Positions 60,557-64,000 of a stretch of 64,000 nt of DNA are shown here, one piece after another. The stretch is from Actinomycetota bacterium (GTDB lineage Bacteria; Actinomycetota; Actinomycetes; JACCUZ01), in the NCBI GenBank assembly GCA_030841035.1, contig JAVEDI010000038.1, positions 35,205 through 99,204 of the forward strand, read 5' to 3'. Under the pieces are notes generated by a model. That model was not told the DNA's origin, searched no databases, and worked only from the letters and a program-made list of their open reading frames with translations. Numbering within the stretch: position 1 is the first letter of the stretch; every line of letters begins with the position of its first letter. The position numbers were made by a program, and so were the translations under genes.

Positions 60557-61732
60557 GTGGAGCTTGCCGACAGGGCCGAGATGCGCTTCCCGGAGGAGGA
60601 GTACCAGCGCCGGTTGGTGACCTTCCGCGAGGCGCTCGCGGCCGAGGGCGTGGACGTCTACCTGGGCTCCCTGCCCGAGCACATGAACTACTTCACCGGG
60701 TTCGACCCCACCGGCCTGTACTTCTACCAGAAGCTGTTCCTGACGCCCGGCTCCGCGCCGCCGGTGCTGCTGACGCACAAGTGCGAGCAGCAGCTGGCAC
60801 GGGTCACGAGCTGGCTGGAGGACGTCCGTATCTGGACCCACGGGCAGGACCCCGTCGAGATCACCGTCGCGATCCTCACCGAGCTCGGTCTCGCCGGCGG
60901 CATGACCCTCGGACTCGAGATGGAGAGCTGGTACCTCAAGCCGGCCACCGTCAAGCGACTCGAGACAGCGTTCCCCGGCGTGCGCATCGTGGACGTGACG
61001 TGGATCGGGCAGGAGCAGCGCATGCGCAAGTCGCCGCTGGAGATCGCCTACATCCGGCAGGCGGCGCGTTTCGCCGACATCGGGATGGCTGCGGCGGTGG
61101 AGCAGCTGCGCCCCGGCGTACGCGAGCTCGACATCCACGCCGAGATCCAGCGCGCGCTGGCCACCGCGGGCAGCGAGTACCCCGCACTGCCCACGATCAT
61201 GGGGTCCGGTCCCCGCAGCGGCTTGTTCCACGCGTTGCCTTCGGAGCGAGTCGTCCAGGACGGCGACCCCGTCATGTTCGAGATCACCGGGTCACGGGCG
61301 CGGTACAACTCGAACATCGTGCGCACCCTCGTCGCCGGCGCGGCGAGCGACGAGCTCAAGACGTTGTGGGACGTGGTGACCGGCGCCTTCTGGGCCGGCT
61401 TCGAGATCACCAGGCCGGGGACGCCGGTCGGGGAGATCGACCGGGTGACCCGTGAGGCCCGCAAGGACTACGCAGACTTCATCCCGGCCCGCGCCGGCTT
61501 CGGCATGGAGCTGGCCTATCCACCTGTCTGGCTCGGGCGCCCCGACATCCTCGAGGGCGACGAGCACGTTCTCGAGCCGGGCATGGTGTTCTCCCTCGAG
61601 CCCTCGGTAGCCATGTACAGGGGCGTCTCCATGATCTTCGGCTTCAACATCCTCGTGACCATTGACGGCGCGGAGATCCTCCACCGGACCCCGGCGGACC
61701 TGTTCGAGGTCCGCTCGGGCCGCACGTCCTGA
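60557..61732 (+). CDS. M24-fold hydrolase, ectoine-hydrolase (DoeA/EutD)/creatinase-like
   Basis: MNYFTGFD, RMRKSPLEI, FHA, RYNSNIVRT, AGFGMELAYPPVW, LEPGMVFSLEP; AGAGGAG RBS before GTG 60557. Confidence 0.8.
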   Translation: MELADRAEMRFPEEEYQRRLVTFREALAAEGVDVYLGSLPEHMNYFTGFDPTGLYFYQKLFLTPGSAPPVLLTHKCEQQLARVTSWLEDVRIWTHGQDPVEITVAILTELGLAGGMTLGLEMESWYLKPATVKRLETAFPGVRIVDVTWIGQEQRMRKSPLEIAYIRQAARFADIGMAAAVEQLRPGVRELDIHAEIQRALATAGSEYPALPTIMGSGPRSGLFHALPSERVVQDGDPVMFEITGSRARYNSNIVRTLVAGAASDELKTLWDVVTGAFWAGFEITRPGTPVGEIDRVTREARKDYADFIPARAGFGMELAYPPVWLGRPDILEGDEHVLEPGMVFSLEPSVAMYRGVSMIFGFNILVTIDGAEILHRTPADLFEVRSGRTS

Positions 61733-61742
61733 GGAGAGGCAG

Positions 61743-62780
61743 ATGTCTTCGTCCAACGGCGGCTACGGCCTGCGCTTCATCGACTGCACGAGCACGTCCG
61801 GCGCCGACGGCTCCCGTGCGTTGGAGCGAGCCGGTGTGCATCCGGACGAGCTGCTCTCCTGCGAGGTGTTCTACGACGTCGCGCAGCTCGACGGCGCAGC
61901 GGCACGGGAGGTCGGCGAGCGGCTCGCGGCCGGATCGCGGCTGCCCGTCTCCGTCATCCCCACCTCGGTCGGGCTGCTCGGTGAGGGCCCGACGCGTGTG
62001 CAGGCGAGCGCCCTGCCGCCGGGTGCCACCGCCACCCGGGACGAGCAGGCGCGGTACTCGGTCTGCGGTCCCGTGGTTGCCACCCGGCTGATCGAGGCCC
62101 CCGCCGCGGGCGACATCGTCGACCAGTCGCACGCGATCCTGGGGGCCGCCCGCGCGTTGCTCGAGCAGACCGGGACCGGGCTCGATGACGTGGTGAAGTT
62201 CAACATCTTCTACAAGGGCGAGGGCACCGAGGAGGACTGGGCCCGCGCCGCGCGGGTCCGGGCCGCCTACTACACCGAGCCCGGCCCCGCGGCCACCGGC
62301 ATCCCGGTGCCACGCTTCGAGGACGACGCGGTGGACATCGCCATGCAGGTGCTCGCGATCCGCGGTGCGCGCGAGGTCCGTCGGCACTCATGGCCCGAGA
62401 ACCACTGGGACTGGCCCTTCCACCTGCCGTACAAGCACGGCTGCCGCGCCCAGGACGTGACGCTCATCGGTGGCCAGGTGCCTCTGGACGGCGCGGCGGG
62501 CGTGCTCGCGCCTGGTGACTTCGCCGGCCAGGTGCGGCACAGCCTGGCGTACATCGGCCGCGTCCTGCAGGACCTCGACGTGCCTCGGACGGCGGTGGAC
62601 CGGCTGACGGCGTTCGTCGCCATGGCGCCCGACAACGCCGCCGAGCGGCACGCGGCGCTGCGCGCCGAGGTCGACACCTTCTTCCAGGGCCACTCGCCGG
62701 CCCTCGTGCCGGTGCCGTTGCCCGTCCTCGCCTATCCCGGCATGGACGTCGAGATCGAGGTCCAGGCGCGGCTCAGCTGA
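61743..62780 (+). CDS. Rid/YjgF-family protein with tandem domains
   Basis: LDDVVKFNIFY...PAATGIPV; IGGQV...QVRHSL..I..VL...LAYPGMDVEIEV; GAGGAG RBS. Confidence 0.8.
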   Translation: MSSSNGGYGLRFIDCTSTSGADGSRALERAGVHPDELLSCEVFYDVAQLDGAAAREVGERLAAGSRLPVSVIPTSVGLLGEGPTRVQASALPPGATATRDEQARYSVCGPVVATRLIEAPAAGDIVDQSHAILGAARALLEQTGTGLDDVVKFNIFYKGEGTEEDWARAARVRAAYYTEPGPAATGIPVPRFEDDAVDIAMQVLAIRGAREVRRHSWPENHWDWPFHLPYKHGCRAQDVTLIGGQVPLDGAAGVLAPGDFAGQVRHSLAYIGRVLQDLDVPRTAVDRLTAFVAMAPDNAAERHAALRAEVDTFFQGHSPALVPVPLPVLAYPGMDVEIEVQARLS

Positions 62781-63921
62781 CGCGTCGCTCACGCGCACCG
62801 GCGAAGAAGCCCTGGTACAGGAGCTCGGTCGGCGGCGTCGAGCAGGGCGAGCCGTGCACGAGCAGCATGGTCTCGGCCTCGAGGTCCATCACGGTCGAGA
62901 TGACCGTCGTGAACTGCTCGAGGCGATGCGCCGACTCGGCGGGGTGACAGCAGACGCCGGCCGGCTCACCGGCATGGTCGGACAGCATCTCCAGCAGGCT
63001 CTTGGGCGTGGGGTCGCTGCGCTCGGCACGCAAGGTCGCGCGCGTCCGCTGCATGCGGAACGGGCTGTCGGGCATCAGCCAGATGCCTACGTCGACGGCG
63101 TCGAAACCCGGGTGCTCGAAGTGGTTGCCGTGCAGGAGCACACCACGCTCGTCGGGCTGGATCAGCCGCAGCTGGGAGAAGTCACCGGGCGCCGCCTCGA
63201 CGATGATGCCCAGGCCGCTGCGGTGGCCGATCACGTAGTTGGCGGAGGACGACCGCGGCGCTCGCTGCAGTGTGCCCAGCGCCTCGCTCGGGCTCGTCGC
63301 GTCGAGCATCGCCCGGAGCAGCACGTGGTAGGGCACGCCCGGCGTGCCCGTGTCCCTGTCGCTGACCAGCGCGTTGGTGGCGATGGCCACGCCGCTGGAG
63401 TTGAACCCGGTCTTGGCCAGCAACCCGGCCTCGACGACCGTGACGTACGCCGGCGCCTCGTCCTGCTCCGCCTCGAGCACGACGACGGTGTCGCGGGCAT
63501 GCAGGGTCCAGTCCCAGTTCTGCCCGACGAGCACCGGCCGCTCGGACGCGGGTGGCGGGACGATCGCGAAGCTGGTGCACTCCCCGACCCGCGGCAGGGT
63601 CGCGACCGCCGACCGAGCCTTCGCAGCGAACATGACCTCGGTGCGGACGTTGATGGCGAGGATGTCCTCGAAGGGCACGTCCGCGCCCTCGGCGATGCCG
63701 CGCATCTCCTCGAGGTAGCGCTCGTCGAAGGCGGCGACGGGCGCGAGGAACGTGCGGGCGTGCTCGACCACGGTGGGCCAGTCCCAGCCGGCGTAGTGCC
63801 CGAAGATCTCCGCGTACGCGTCGAGGCTGCCGCGGACCTGCCCCGCCACCTGCTCGCCGTACTGTCGTCCGCGGCTGCGCGCGTCGCCTCGGACCCGCAC
63901 GTGGGGAATCATCGGACTCAC
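62773..63921 (-). CDS. C45-family Ntn-hydrolase/acyltransferase (isopenicillin-N acyltransferase-like)
   Basis: RGRQYG, EEMRGIAEGA, INVRTE, ECTSF (autoproteolytic Cys), GQNWDW, GFNSSG, HGNH. Confidence 0.88.
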   Translation of the reverse strand: MSPMIPHVRVRGDARSRGRQYGEQVAGQVRGSLDAYAEIFGHYAGWDWPTVVEHARTFLAPVAAFDERYLEEMRGIAEGADVPFEDILAINVRTEVMFAAKARSAVATLPRVGECTSFAIVPPPASERPVLVGQNWDWTLHARDTVVVLEAEQDEAPAYVTVVEAGLLAKTGFNSSGVAIATNALVSDRDTGTPGVPYHVLLRAMLDATSPSEALGTLQRAPRSSSANYVIGHRSGLGIIVEAAPGDFSQLRLIQPDERGVLLHGNHFEHPGFDAVDVGIWLMPDSPFRMQRTRATLRAERSDPTPKSLLEMLSDHAGEPAGVCCHPAESAHRLEQFTTVISTVMDLEAETMLLVHGSPCSTPPTELLYQGFFAGARERRVS

Positions 63922-64000
63922 CTCGTTCGTGGTGGTTCGGTTACCAGGGTGACCTAGACAGTCCAGCTGCAGAGTTTACACTCCTACGGAAGATGTCGGC

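Noticed and set aside
62773-63921. C45 gene as evidence of beta-lactam biosynthesis
   Set aside because: No ACV synthetase, IPNS or any NRPS/PKS in the window; the family is widespread as amidases
63939-63954. Imperfect dyad GGTTACC-AG-GGTGACC upstream of the C45 gene
   Set aside because: Single imperfect copy at the window edge; not enough context

Overview
High-GC actinobacterial chromosome segment, about 50 CDS. I found no rRNA, tRNA, CRISPR array or transposase/integrase. The backbone resembles the Streptomyces-type conserved region: tandem 3-hydroxyacyl-CoA dehydrogenase, filP/scy-like coiled-coil genes, ccr-mce-thiolase-meaB-icmA short-chain acyl-CoA genes, a thioredoxin-TPR gene, glgB-mak-treS-glgE/glgP/glgX, then crotonase-methyltransferase-acetyltransferase. 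Two accessory blocks stand out. (1) 17.3-26.9 kb is a seven-gene, translationally coupled glycan operon: polyprenyl-P-sugar synthase GT2, GT4, pyruvyltransferase, an apparent Wzx-flippase/GT-C fusion, a PilZ-less cellulose-synthase-like GT2, a GH6 glucanase and an AT3 acyltransferase. It could plausibly make a glycosylated, pyruvylated and acylated beta-glucan. (2) 41.7-64 kb is a PucR-associated catabolic island: HpaB/HpaC-type two-component monooxygenase, seven predicted C-N hydrolases, a triple-domain Rid protein, an ADP-forming acyl-CoA ligase and a polyamine-type ABC importer, with no ring-cleavage dioxygenase. It suggests an uncharacterised N-heterocycle degradation route. All product calls come from motifs recognised by eye in the translations; no database search was run. 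Start codons are my best choice from RBS, overlap and -10 context.
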